A DNA stretch of 64,000 nucleotides from an uncultured Muribaculaceae bacterium (GTDB lineage Bacteria > Bacteroidota > Bacteroidia > Bacteroidales > Muribaculaceae): NCBI GenBank assembly GCA_910589055.1, contig CAJURN010000003.1, positions 84,200 to 148,199 of the forward strand, read 5' to 3'. Made by a program: the position numbers and the translations under genes. The notes under the pieces are model-generated. The model had not been told where the DNA came from. It searched no databases and was given only the letters and a program-made list of their open reading frames with translations. Positions 29,673 to 39,846 of the stretch are shown here, piece by piece (within the stretch, counting starts at the first letter, position 1; each line of letters opens with the position of its first letter).

Positions 29673-30860
29673 TTAGCTGAGGGCTTCGCGGATGCGGCGC
29701 ATGGCTTCAACGAGGTTTTCGTCGGAGGTGGCGTAGCTGAAGCGGATGTAGCCGGGAGCGCAGAAGGCGGCGCCGTCAACAGTTGCTACATGTGCTTCTT
29801 CGAGAAGGTACATGGCGAGGTCACCGGAGGTGTTGATGGTGCGGCCGCGGAAGGTCTTGCCGAGCAATCCGCTCACTTCGGGGAAGAGGTAGAAGGCACC
29901 TTTGGGCTCGGCAACCTTGAATCCGGGAATCTCGCGGGCCAGACGCACAACGAGGTCGCGGCGGCGCATAAAGGCTTTGCGCATTTCCTCAACACATTCC
30001 TGAGGACCGTCGTAGGCTGCTTCGGCTGCTTTCTGTGCTATCGACGATGCGCCGGAGGTGTATTGCCCCTGGAGCTTTGTCACGGCTTTGGCTATTTCCA
30101 CCGGGGCGGCACAGTAACCGATACGCCATCCGGTCATGGCATATGCCTTGGATACGCCGTTGATTACGACAACACGACCTTCGAGTTCGGGGAACGATGC
30201 CATGGAGGTGAATTCTCCGCCGGTGTAGTTGATGTGTTCGTATATTTCGTCGGCTATGACGAGTATGTCGGGATATTGAGCCAGGACATCGACGAGCGAC
30301 TGAAGTTCAGCCTTGGTGTAGACGCTGCCGGTGGGATTTGAGGGAGAGCAGAGCAGCAGGGCGCGTGTTCGGGGGGTGATGGCTTCCTTGAGTTGTGCGG
30401 CAGTGATTTTGAAATCCTGTTCGATGCCTGCGGGTACGAGCACGTTCTTGCCCTCGGCGAGTTTCACCATCTCCACATAGCTTACCCATGCCGGAGTGGG
30501 GATGATAACTTCATCTCCGGGATTAACTGTTGCAAGAATCACGTTGCATAAGGCCTGTTTTGCTCCGTTACCTACAACGATTTGTTCGGGTGCGAAGCTG
30601 AGGCCGTTTTCGCGTGTCAGCTTGGCGGCTATTGCCTTGCGCAGGCTCATGTAGCCGGGTACGGGGCTGTAAAAACTGAAATTATCCTCGATGGCTTTCT
30701 CTGCGGCGGCCTTGATGTGGGCCGGGGTAGGGAAGTCGGGTTCGCCTACCGAGAGGTTGATTACGTCGATTCCCTGAGCTTTGAGTTCGTTGCTTTTCTG
30801 GGACATTGCCAAAGTCTGCGACTGGGCGAGATTCTGTACACGTTGGGAGATGGACTGCAT
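29673..30860 (-). CDS. aspC: Class I/II PLP-dependent aspartate aminotransferase
   Basis: GEPDF, PSNPTG, DEIY, SKAYAMTGWRIG. Confidence 0.9.
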   Translation of the reverse strand: MQSISQRVQNLAQSQTLAMSQKSNELKAQGIDVINLSVGEPDFPTPAHIKAAAEKAIEDNFSFYSPVPGYMSLRKAIAAKLTRENGLSFAPEQIVVGNGAKQALCNVILATVNPGDEVIIPTPAWVSYVEMVKLAEGKNVLVPAGIEQDFKITAAQLKEAITPRTRALLLCSPSNPTGSVYTKAELQSLVDVLAQYPDILVIADEIYEHINYTGGEFTSMASFPELEGRVVVINGVSKAYAMTGWRIGYCAAPVEIAKAVTKLQGQYTSGASSIAQKAAEAAYDGPQECVEEMRKAFMRRRDLVVRLAREIPGFKVAEPKGAFYLFPEVSGLLGKTFRGRTINTSGDLAMYLLEEAHVATVDGAAFCAPGYIRFSYATSDENLVEAMRRIREALS

Positions 30861-30923
30861 GATAATTATTTTGCGTTGATATGATTTTCTGCAAAGATAG
30901 TGAATAAAAGTGGAGGGAGGAAT

Positions 30924-30996
30924 GTTAAAGGTGAAAAGTTAAAGGTGAAAAGCGAAGACGCATTAATCTTCACTTTTCACCTTTATACTTTCACCT
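30924..30996. repeat. Heptad-period palindromic repeat (~30-bp stem), copy 2
   Basis: AGGTGAAAAGTTAAAGGTGAAAAGCGAAGA ... TCTTCACTTTTCACCTTTATACTTTCACCT. Confidence 0.8.
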
Positions 30997-31010
30997 GAGC
31001 GAAAATGCTC

Positions 31011-34000
31011 TTAGCGGACAACGACCTTTCGCTTGCCTACGATGTAGAGGCCGGGGGCGAGACCGGAGACGGCTTCCGAACGGTCTACTCCTGCGCGGAG
31101 GAGGACTCCGGTGATGGAGTAGACATTAACGGTGGCTTCTTCCTCGTTGTCAAGTACAACGCTCTCAACGCCCGTGAAGTCGGGATTGTAGACGAGTTTG
31201 AAATTGTCGAAGCAAGTCCAGTCGTCGCCAACGGATGCGGTCTTACGTATGCCCACGCGGAGGTCACCGGGTTCGTAAAGCACCGTTGTCACACCATTGT
31301 CGGTATATGCCTGTTTTGTGTTGAAGGCAGTGTTGGCCTGCGACACGTTGTCAGGATAGGTGTAGGGCGAATTGGTGTAAGGAGCCGATGAGTCGTAGAG
31401 CGACATGAAAGGCGCCTCGTTCTCGTTAAGGTAAAGTTTCGCAAGCAATTCTTCGGTGCCGTTGACGTGGGCCGGATATGTTGCTTTGCTGCCGTTGCGG
31501 TAGAATCCCGAGCATGTGAGTGTGTAATGTCCTGCGGGCATGTACTGAAGCACCTGATATGTATCGAAAGTCTTGTTCCAGTGTTCGGCCACGCCGTTGG
31601 ATGCGGCGGTGAAGCTCGTTCCGCTCCAGCCGCTGCCGCCGGAATTGAAGTTCGGGTTGTTGAGCATGAATGTGATGTCGGTCTGCTTGTCGCCACCGCC
31701 CATCACTTCCTTGATATACTCGGTTTTTGCCTCGCGGAGAGCCTGAAGCGCGGCGGGGAGTTCGCGGGCAAGGTCGGCGACTGAGGTGTATTCAAGGGCA
31801 GCCTCAGCCTGTACGATGGCGCTTGTGAACACCTCGGAGCCGGATTCGCGGGCTTCCTTGAGCAGGGCGGTCACGTCGCTCCAGCTTTGGAGCACGGTGT
31901 ATTCGTCGTAGGTCACGTGCATTACAGAACCGTGCTGGAAGCTGCCTGTGCCGGCAACGACCTCGGGCGGGAGAGCCGAAGATGCGAGGTGATCCATCTC
32001 GCACACCTTGTAGGCCGAACCTCCGGTGTAGCGCATGAAATAGAGGTTGTAGTTATCTTCATCAATCAGGCGCATCAGGGTAGCGGCCTCGACGGCTTCT
32101 CCGCCTTCGCTTGTGATGTGGAGAGTCTCGGTCCATTCCCCGTCGGTAAGGCGGTCGGAAGTCAGGATGTAGATTCCGGCTTCGCTGGCAGGTGCGCCGT
32201 CATGCTTGATACACATGCGGTAGAGCCCGTCGTAAGGATTATAGACGATGTCGGCGTCAATCACGGAATATCCGGGGTCGTAGAAAAGACGCGGCTGGGT
32301 GAGGGTCTTGAAATCCTTGTCGGCGTAGGAGTAATAGATGCGGTCGTGGACGGGTGTTACACCGCTGCTTGATATTGAATAGTACACGAGGTAGGCCCCG
32401 CGACCGCCGTCGGCACTCTGATCCCATATCCACTGGGGTGCCCACACACGGTCAATTTTGGCATAGTCGGCATCAGTGGGAAATTCGGTGGTAGTGACTC
32501 CGGGGTCGGAGAAGATGGATTTTCCTTGGCGGAAGTCAAACGATTTGCCCTCCCAGTGAATGAGGTCGGAAGAGCGGAGCATGTCAATGCCGTAGTTGTT
32601 CCATACCTTGGATGTAGCCACGCACATGTCGGTTGCGAGCATGAAATATTCACCCTCGTTACGTCCGCGGGCGAGGAAGGCGTCGCGAGTGCCGTGTTCT
32701 ATTGCCGCCAAAGCGTTGGTGTCGAACACCTCCGCTCCGCCGAGAAGTTCGGTGAACGATTTTCCGCGGTCTTCGGCTGTACCGAGTGCAAAGTTGGTGA
32801 TTTCCTTTTCGGCGTTCATGTAGCAGTAGAGATAGCCGTACATGCCGTCGGAAGCGGAAACGGTCACGGGGAAATCAATAGTTCCGGCGGCTCCGTCGGG
32901 GTATTTTACGGATGCGGTGAGTACGGCGCCGGTGACGGGCGATTCATTGGTAAGCGGGGAGGCAACGTTGAGACGTGCTGTCCACTTTCCTTGTGCCACG
33001 CCAAGCAGAGTGGCATCATGGCCGCTGAGGCTCCATGTCAGCTCTGCGCCTGCGGAGGTGCTGGTAGGAAGGGCTGTGGATGCATGCAGGGCGGTGAGTT
33101 TGGCCGCGAGGGCAGCGAGCTCATCGCGCACGGCCTGCTCGGCAGCTTCGGAAGGTTTGGCGCCCGGAGTTGATGCAGGAATGTCGGAAATCTTAAGACG
33201 CAGGATGCTCAGCGAGTATGCCGGGGCGGTGTAGGTGGCCGATGCGTCGGTAATGGCGTCCATACTTCCGGAGGCCGGGGCAACATTCATGGGCGAAGCC
33301 ATGCTGTTTTCGTCGGTTCCGTTGGCCGAAGAGAGCACTGTCACGTCCTCGGTTCCCACAAAGGAGCCGTTGGCGATGTTTAGAGTAACGGGCACATTGT
33401 CGGCTGATGCGTTCACGAGTTTAACATACATCAGACCGGCTTCCTCGTCAATCGACGATGCCACATATACCTTGCGCTGTACGGGCAGGGTGATGTCGTG
33501 GATGAGACTGTCGTCGAGGTAGCAGCGGATGTGTTCGCCGTTTACCTCTATTTTAATATGATAGGTGCGTCCTGTGGCGATAGTGCCGCCGGTGTATCCG
33601 TAGGAAGTCTTCGCGCCGTTGTTGCACACCTCGATGGCGTGGGCTGTGTTACCCCAGCCGCCGATGTTCCACCAGCAATAGTTGCCCGAATCACCGTAGT
33701 TGAAGGCCACGAGGAAGGCTTCGTTTCCTGATTTCTTCACAGCATCAACTTCAAAGGTGTAAGAGTCGGGCAGGGTGATGTCGGCCACGTATGCCTTGCC
33801 TTGCATCGAGGCATCGGTCTGGGCAAGAACGCCGTCGGCAACGGTCCATGTGCCGCCATCGGCGCTCCACACGGACGAAGCGCTTGAGAAGTTATCGGAG
33901 AAAACCACGGAGCCGTCGGCGGCTGTCACTTTTACATTATCATATGTGGCGCATGTGCTCCATGTGCTCAGGGCGATTTTATGGCCGGTGGTTACGATGT

Positions 34001-35621
34001 TGCCGGATTCGGTGCGGCGGATGTTCTGCTTGCCGTGGAGGTTCGACATGAGTTTCTGCACGTGGTACGACGGAGTTCCGAACGCGGTGTGGGTGTTGAA
34101 ACGTATCATGTCGGGTTTCCAGCACTGGTCGTCCTCGTTGATGAAAATTGGGGCGTAGCTGTTCATCACGCACACGTCGGAGTTGTTCTCCATTCCGAGC
34201 ATGTAGGCGGCCTCGCCGAGGGCGGCATTGAGGTGGCCGTTTGTACCGAAGTCCTGTGTCACGGCATATTCGCCTACGTATACTTTGGGTTTGGAGCGGT
34301 CGTAGTTGTCATATTTTCCGTATTGGTTGAGGAACCATGCCGGATTGCGGTAGTAGTGTTCGTCGACAACATCAACGGGATGCGGATTACGCCAAGTGGG
34401 GTCGTCGGTGCCCCAGGCCTCCACGTTTCCGATGAGAATCATGTCGGGATATTTGGCCTTGATGGCATCGTAGAAGGCGCGGTAGCGTTCGGCGTAGTGG
34501 TCGCTCTGCTGATTGGCGTCGGTCTGGTAGTTCTCGTTGCCTATTTCAAGCAGGCGGAGGTTGAAAGGTTCGGGATGGCCGTTTGCCGCGCGTACTGCGC
34601 CCCATGTTGAGGTTGTGCTTCCGTTGCAGTACTCGATGGCGTCGAGAGCTTCCTGAATGAACTCGTCAATTTCGCGGTAGTCCACGAGCCAGTCGTGTCC
34701 GAGACCGATGTTTACAACGTAGAGCGGTTCGGCACCGAGGTCTTCGGTGAGCTGGAGCATTTCGTGGAATCCGAAGCCGTCGGTGGCGCGATATCCCCAG
34801 TTCTGATTCCAGTGTCCGGGACGGTTCTCGATCGGGCCGATTGATTTTTTCCATTCGAAGCGGTTGTTTCCGGTGCCGGACGCCTGTCCTTCCACGAAGC
34901 ATCCGCCGGGGAAGCGCACGAAGCTTGGTTTCATGGCCTCAAGCATTTCCGCCAGGTCGGGGCGGCAACCGTTAGGTCGGTTCTTGTATGTGGGCGGGAA
35001 GAGGCTCACAACGTCAATGACGATAGAGCCGGCCTTCGAGCCTGTCAGGCGGAAGGTTGTTTTGGTATCTGATGCCGTGGCGGTGAGCGTGGCTGTGACT
35101 TTTTGCCATGTGTCGGTAGACTTCACGGGGATGTCGACCGAGCCGGCCGAAGTGCCGTCGCTCTTGACGAGTGATGCCGTGAGCGTGCCGTCCCAAGCGC
35201 CTTTCACCCAGAACGAGAGTGCGTATTGACGACCCTCGACAGCGTTGATGCCCCAGTAGCCCGTGTTGGAAACGCCGTCGCCGGGGTTGGTGAAGTTGAG
35301 TTTGAGAGCCGCCTTGTTGGCGTCGTTCAGCATGCCATCGGTGGTGATTCCGATTGTGGCTGAGCCTATGCGCGACCAGTTGGCAGCGGTGCTTGTGTTG
35401 TCCTCGAAAGAGCGGTTGCGGATGAGTTCGGCGTACAGGCCGCCGTCGCCGGCATGGTTGATTTCCTCGAAGAAAATTCCGTAGTGGAGGTCTCCGATAG
35501 CGGCGCCTTTGGCTGTGGGGTCGAGACTGATTGTGACCCCTTGGGCTGCGCCTGAGAGTGTGCCAGCGGCACAGATGCAAGTTGTCGCGAGCAGCTTGCA
35601 GGCGTAAGATTTAAAGTTCAT
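31011..35621 (-). CDS. Secreted multimodular GH51 alpha-L-arabinofuranosidase-GH43 fusion
   Basis: GIFFEEINHAGDGGLYAEL, RFPGGC, EIGNEN, VGEYA (GH51); RDAFL, WAPQ, IDAD, VEAA (GH43); C-terminal VYSITG...GLYIV..KVVVR. Confidence 0.9.
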   Translation of the reverse strand: MNFKSYACKLLATTCICAAGTLSGAAQGVTISLDPTAKGAAIGDLHYGIFFEEINHAGDGGLYAELIRNRSFEDNTSTAANWSRIGSATIGITTDGMLNDANKAALKLNFTNPGDGVSNTGYWGINAVEGRQYALSFWVKGAWDGTLTASLVKSDGTSAGSVDIPVKSTDTWQKVTATLTATASDTKTTFRLTGSKAGSIVIDVVSLFPPTYKNRPNGCRPDLAEMLEAMKPSFVRFPGGCFVEGQASGTGNNRFEWKKSIGPIENRPGHWNQNWGYRATDGFGFHEMLQLTEDLGAEPLYVVNIGLGHDWLVDYREIDEFIQEALDAIEYCNGSTTSTWGAVRAANGHPEPFNLRLLEIGNENYQTDANQQSDHYAERYRAFYDAIKAKYPDMILIGNVEAWGTDDPTWRNPHPVDVVDEHYYRNPAWFLNQYGKYDNYDRSKPKVYVGEYAVTQDFGTNGHLNAALGEAAYMLGMENNSDVCVMNSYAPIFINEDDQCWKPDMIRFNTHTAFGTPSYHVQKLMSNLHGKQNIRRTESGNIVTTGHKIALSTWSTCATYDNVKVTAADGSVVFSDNFSSASSVWSADGGTWTVADGVLAQTDASMQGKAYVADITLPDSYTFEVDAVKKSGNEAFLVAFNYGDSGNYCWWNIGGWGNTAHAIEVCNNGAKTSYGYTGGTIATGRTYHIKIEVNGEHIRCYLDDSLIHDITLPVQRKVYVASSIDEEAGLMYVKLVNASADNVPVTLNIANGSFVGTEDVTVLSSANGTDENSMASPMNVAPASGSMDAITDASATYTAPAYSLSILRLKISDIPASTPGAKPSEAAEQAVRDELAALAAKLTALHASTALPTSTSAGAELTWSLSGHDATLLGVAQGKWTARLNVASPLTNESPVTGAVLTASVKYPDGAAGTIDFPVTVSASDGMYGYLYCYMNAEKEITNFALGTAEDRGKSFTELLGGAEVFDTNALAAIEHGTRDAFLARGRNEGEYFMLATDMCVATSKVWNNYGIDMLRSSDLIHWEGKSFDFRQGKSIFSDPGVTTTEFPTDADYAKIDRVWAPQWIWDQSADGGRGAYLVYYSISSSGVTPVHDRIYYSYADKDFKTLTQPRLFYDPGYSVIDADIVYNPYDGLYRMCIKHDGAPASEAGIYILTSDRLTDGEWTETLHITSEGGEAVEAATLMRLIDEDNYNLYFMRYTGGSAYKVCEMDHLASSALPPEVVAGTGSFQHGSVMHVTYDEYTVLQSWSDVTALLKEARESGSEVFTSAIVQAEAALEYTSVADLARELPAALQALREAKTEYIKEVMGGGDKQTDITFMLNNPNFNSGGSGWSGTSFTAASNGVAEHWNKTFDTYQVLQYMPAGHYTLTCSGFYRNGSKATYPAHVNGTEELLAKLYLNENEAPFMSLYDSSAPYTNSPYTYPDNVSQANTAFNTKQAYTDNGVTTVLYEPGDLRVGIRKTASVGDDWTCFDNFKLVYNPDFTGVESVVLDNEEEATVNVYSITGVLLRAGVDRSEAVSGLAPGLYIVGKRKVVVR

Positions 35622-35900
35622 GTGATTTTACGGTTTATTAATCCGGATAGTCGATGTTTGGTTATGTTTTCAGTAAATAGTTGTCAACTTCTTGACACGC
35701 GCAAAAATAGTCAAGTTTTGGAAGATACGCAATTTTTTTCGGCGATTGACAGAAAAATTATGTGGATGTCACGGCCTTGTTGTCGTGACAATTTATGTGA
35801 ATTGTTGCAAAAAATCATTATTCCCGTGTAACGCAACGTGCAAATTTCGCTACTTTTGTATGAAACGGTTTCCTTACCACACATTCCAACACGACTCCAG

Positions 35901-36668
35901 ATGAAGAAAACCTCCATATACGCCATCCTTCTCACACTCTTGCTTGTTCCTGCCGCAACCATTCGTTCGCAGGCCGCCACGGCTGCCAAAAAGGCTGTGG
36001 TCCACAGTGAGCTGGGACGCCCCGACCTTGAGGCCATCGAAAAGGCTTCGACCGACGAAAATTCCGAATACTACTATCCGCGTCTGCACAAATTGTTCAT
36101 GGCAAATGACACGACCATGACTGATGAGCAGTTCCAATATTTCTATTACGGCACTTTCTTTCAGGAAGATTACGACCCCTATCGCGAGTCGCCCAATCCG
36201 CGCTTGCTCCAGGAGTTGCAGCCTGTCTACTCGAAGCAGAACCGCACCCGCTCCGACCGCAACAAGATGGCCGACTATGCCACACAGGCCCTTGACGATA
36301 ATCCGGTTGACCTGCGGCAGCTCACCAACCGCATTTATGTGTATGAGCAGAACGGCAAATATGACCTCGCGAAGATATGGCAGTACAAGCTGAATCATCT
36401 TCTTCTCGTGATTGCCCGCTCGGGTACGGGTGTTGATACCGACAATGCGCGCATTGTGGTGTATCCGCAGCATGAGTATGACTTCCTCAACCTTTCCGGG
36501 CTTACGGCAGTGAAGCAGGAATTTGTTCCGCCGGGTTTCGACTACATCCTCACACGCAACAGTTCCGGAGCTGAAAATGCCGGATATTACTTTGACATCA
36601 GCGAACTCCTCAAGCAATATTTCCGCAAACATCCGTCGGAATTGGAGCATTTGCAGAATCCCGAATGA
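35901..36668 (+). CDS. DUF4919 family protein
   Basis: Signal peptide from MKKTSIYAILL; YYYPRL, YFYYG..FQEDYDPY, SGTG, HEYD. The -7 element TACTTTTG at 35851 supports the later start. Confidence 0.75.
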   Translation: MKKTSIYAILLTLLLVPAATIRSQAATAAKKAVVHSELGRPDLEAIEKASTDENSEYYYPRLHKLFMANDTTMTDEQFQYFYYGTFFQEDYDPYRESPNPRLLQELQPVYSKQNRTRSDRNKMADYATQALDDNPVDLRQLTNRIYVYEQNGKYDLAKIWQYKLNHLLLVIARSGTGVDTDNARIVVYPQHEYDFLNLSGLTAVKQEFVPPGFDYILTRNSSGAENAGYYFDISELLKQYFRKHPSELEHLQNPE

Positions 36669-36816
36669 AATTATGAAGCGTTTTTCGCGAATTTGGCGAA
36701 AAAATCCGCATTATTCGATAAAATTTTGTATTTTTGTCCGCTTCTCCCTTTGACTCGTCTTTGGGAAAAGCGGATTTTTTGGAAAGTAAACCTAAAACAT
36801 TATCCATCCATCCGGA

Positions 36817-39630
36817 ATGAAAAAAAACTTTATCACCTTGCTTGCAGCCGCAGGCGTTGCCGGAGCGTTCGTGATGAACGCAGTTCCGGCAAAGAGGGTC
36901 TTCATTGACCTGCCTCAGCCCGATGGCACTACCGTGAAGGTAATGCGTGTCGGCGACGAGTACAATCACTATTATCTGTCGGAGGACGGTGTGCCCATGC
37001 TCACGGGCGAAGATGGCCTCCTGCGTTTCGCGTCGCTTGACAACGACGGTAAAATCGTGCTCAGCGATGTCAAGGCTACTGATGTAGCCCGTCGTTCTTC
37101 GGCTGCGCGTGCCGCTGTCGCTAAAGTGGATGTTGAGGCCGTGCGCGGTGCTCTTGATGTGCGCCGTTCGCCCCGCAAGTCTCCCAATTCAGGTGTAGGC
37201 CTGTTCTCAACCGCGTTTCCCCGCACGGGCGACATCCGCGGACTGGTGATACTGGTTGAATATTCCGATTATAAATTCCAGGTATCGAATCCCGCCGAAT
37301 ATTTCGGTGATATGCTCAATCTTGACGGATTCAACACTTACGGCGGTACCGGCTGTGCTGCCGAATACTTCCGCGAGCAGTCCAACAACAGTTTCCGTCC
37401 TGTTTTCGACGTTCTCGGTCCTGTCACCCTTCCCAACAAGCGAAGCTACTACGGAGGCAATGACAGATATGGCGACGACATGCACCCCGAGGAAATGGTT
37501 ATCCATGCCTGCGACATCCTCGACGGCCAGGTTGACTTCTCCAAGTACGACATGGACAACGACGGCGCAATCGACAATGTATTCGTTTTCTATGCCGGAC
37601 AAGGCGAGGCATCCTACGGCTCCGAAGACACCGTATGGCCCCATTCCTGGGATATCGTTGACGGTGCCGGCGTGACAAAGTACTACGACGGCAAGCTGCT
37701 CAACCGCTACGCATGCTCCAATGAATGGGAGCAGAGCCGTCCTGACGGCGTGGGCACTTTCGTTCATGAATTCTCGCATGTGATGGGTCTGCCCGACCTT
37801 TATCATACAACCAGTAATTCGGCAACCTATACCCCCGGAGCGTGGTCGGTTATGGACTACGGCCCTTACAACAACAATGGTTGCACCCCTCCCAATTATT
37901 CGGTTTACGAACGTAATGCCATGGGATGGATTGAGCCCCACGAACTCACTCAGGCCGAGAGCATAATTCTCAATCCCATCACCTCCAACGAAGCCTGCAT
38001 CTACTCATGTTCGGAGAAGGAGTTCTTCCTTTTCGAGAACCGTCAGCAGGAAGGCTGGGACAAGTATCTCCCCGGCCACGGCATGCTCATATGGCATGTT
38101 GACTTCGATCAGTCCGTATGGGACAGCAACAAGGTAAATAATACCCAGAGCCGTCAGCGAGTAGATATCGTCGAAGCCGGAGGTACGACCAACAGCCTGA
38201 ATGATGCGACGATGGCAACTTATTCGTGGCCCGGAACAAGAAATAAAACTTCGTTCACCTCGAGCACCTCGCCTGCGTTCAAGACCCAGAGCGGCCTCCC
38301 CATCAATATGCCCATCACCAATATCGCTGAAAATTCGGCAGGTATTATCTCGTTTGATGTGCTTGGCGGCAACCGCGAGCTTACAGTTCCCGAAGGCTTC
38401 GCCGCTGATGCGCGTGAGGACGGAACAGTGGTGTTCACATGGCAGAATGTAGACTTCGCCACCGATTATCTACTTGATGTTTACACCCGCGAGGGCGATG
38501 TGGTTTATCTCGTGAAGGATCTCCACACGGGCGATGTGTCGACTTACGTGCTCGACGGAGCGGCATCCGAGACCCAGTATTTCGCCACTCTTCGTGCGGC
38601 AGCCGGAGCAAGCGTCTCAGATGCCTGTGGAGAGATATCTTTCACCACTCCCAAGCTCGGATTCAGCTTCACCGCTCCATCCACTCTTGAGGCTACCGAG
38701 GTAAGCCTGGGTGGCTTTACCGCCTGCTGGAATGCGCTCGACGGCGCCGTAGGCTATCTGCTCACAGTTTCGAGCACTGTCAAGGGCGAGGCTCGCACCG
38801 ATAATGCCGACTTCGGAAAGAGCGGCGACACTAAGGTGACACTCCCCACAGGTTGGACCTACAACGGCGAAGCATACACAAAGACGTCATCCAATATGGC
38901 AGGAGAATCAGTTCCCTCGCTTAAAATGTCGAAAAGCGAGCATGAACTTGTGACTTGCCTGTATGACACCCCTGTCCGTTCAATCAAGTTCTGGACAATG
39001 GGAGCACAGGCCGATGAATCCAACAGCCTCGAGATTCTCGGACGTAGCGACGAGTCCGGCGAATGGCAATCGCTCTATGTGGTTCAGCCCTTGAATAATA
39101 AATCCGGAGAAACCCACTCTGTCTCGGATGTCCCCGATGGAATACGTCAGGTAAAATTCGTATATCACAAGACTTATTCCGGAAATGCGGCAGTCGACGA
39201 CGTTGAGATTGTCACCGAAGGCAATGTGTCGAAGGTGCTCGACGGATACAATGAGCTTGCCGTGGGCAATGTGACTTCATATCCCGTGAAAGTCAACAGC
39301 GCTACCTCAACTCTTTATTCCTACACCGTGACGGCGCTCAATGCCGCAGGTGAGAAGTCGAAGGTGTCGGTGACACGCGAGGTTGACCTTACAAGTTCCA
39401 ATTCCGGTGTCAGCGGTGTTACCGCCGATGGTTCCGTGCTCGCAGTCGAAGGTCGTGATGTCGTATATTGCGGCGAATCCGGCTCCATTGTTGAGGTTTA
39501 TGGCATCGACGGCAAACTTGTTGGCCGCGGCGAGGTCTCTGTTTCCGGTGAAGCCCGCGTGACTGTTCCCGCTGCGGGAGTGTACGTGGTGCACGCATCC
39601 GGCTCTGTATTGAAAGCCGTAATCCGGTAA
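36817..39630 (+). CDS. M6 family (InhA-like) metalloprotease with FN3 domains and T9SS-type C-terminus
   Basis: QPDG...GDE propeptide, HEFSHVMGLPDLY zincin motif, ENRQQEGWD..LPGHG, CTD VYGIDG...GVYVV...KAVIR. Confidence 0.9.
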   Translation: MKKNFITLLAAAGVAGAFVMNAVPAKRVFIDLPQPDGTTVKVMRVGDEYNHYYLSEDGVPMLTGEDGLLRFASLDNDGKIVLSDVKATDVARRSSAARAAVAKVDVEAVRGALDVRRSPRKSPNSGVGLFSTAFPRTGDIRGLVILVEYSDYKFQVSNPAEYFGDMLNLDGFNTYGGTGCAAEYFREQSNNSFRPVFDVLGPVTLPNKRSYYGGNDRYGDDMHPEEMVIHACDILDGQVDFSKYDMDNDGAIDNVFVFYAGQGEASYGSEDTVWPHSWDIVDGAGVTKYYDGKLLNRYACSNEWEQSRPDGVGTFVHEFSHVMGLPDLYHTTSNSATYTPGAWSVMDYGPYNNNGCTPPNYSVYERNAMGWIEPHELTQAESIILNPITSNEACIYSCSEKEFFLFENRQQEGWDKYLPGHGMLIWHVDFDQSVWDSNKVNNTQSRQRVDIVEAGGTTNSLNDATMATYSWPGTRNKTSFTSSTSPAFKTQSGLPINMPITNIAENSAGIISFDVLGGNRELTVPEGFAADAREDGTVVFTWQNVDFATDYLLDVYTREGDVVYLVKDLHTGDVSTYVLDGAASETQYFATLRAAAGASVSDACGEISFTTPKLGFSFTAPSTLEATEVSLGGFTACWNALDGAVGYLLTVSSTVKGEARTDNADFGKSGDTKVTLPTGWTYNGEAYTKTSSNMAGESVPSLKMSKSEHELVTCLYDTPVRSIKFWTMGAQADESNSLEILGRSDESGEWQSLYVVQPLNNKSGETHSVSDVPDGIRQVKFVYHKTYSGNAAVDDVEIVTEGNVSKVLDGYNELAVGNVTSYPVKVNSATSTLYSYTVTALNAAGEKSKVSVTREVDLTSSNSGVSGVTADGSVLAVEGRDVVYCGESGSIVEVYGIDGKLVGRGEVSVSGEARVTVPAAGVYVVHASGSVLKAVIR

Positions 39631-39652
39631 AAGTTTGTTAATAAATCATATC

Positions 39653-39696
39653 GCAGTTCCCGAACGCCCCTGTGCCGTTCGGGAACTGCTGTTTTT
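39653..39696 (+). terminator. Intrinsic terminator
   Basis: GCAGTTCCCGAACG/CGTTCGGGAACTGC 14-bp stem followed by TGTTTTT. Confidence 0.85.
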
Positions 39697-39846
39697 AAGG
39701 GATATATTTTTTTTGAGGATTGGATAAAAATTCGTATTTTTGCAGCCGTGAAAACGTGTGCGCACGTGTATACTGCGCCAAACGTGTTTTCCTTGTTTGT
39801 CAGAGTCATAAACAAATTTCGTATATAATCCACGATACAAACAATT

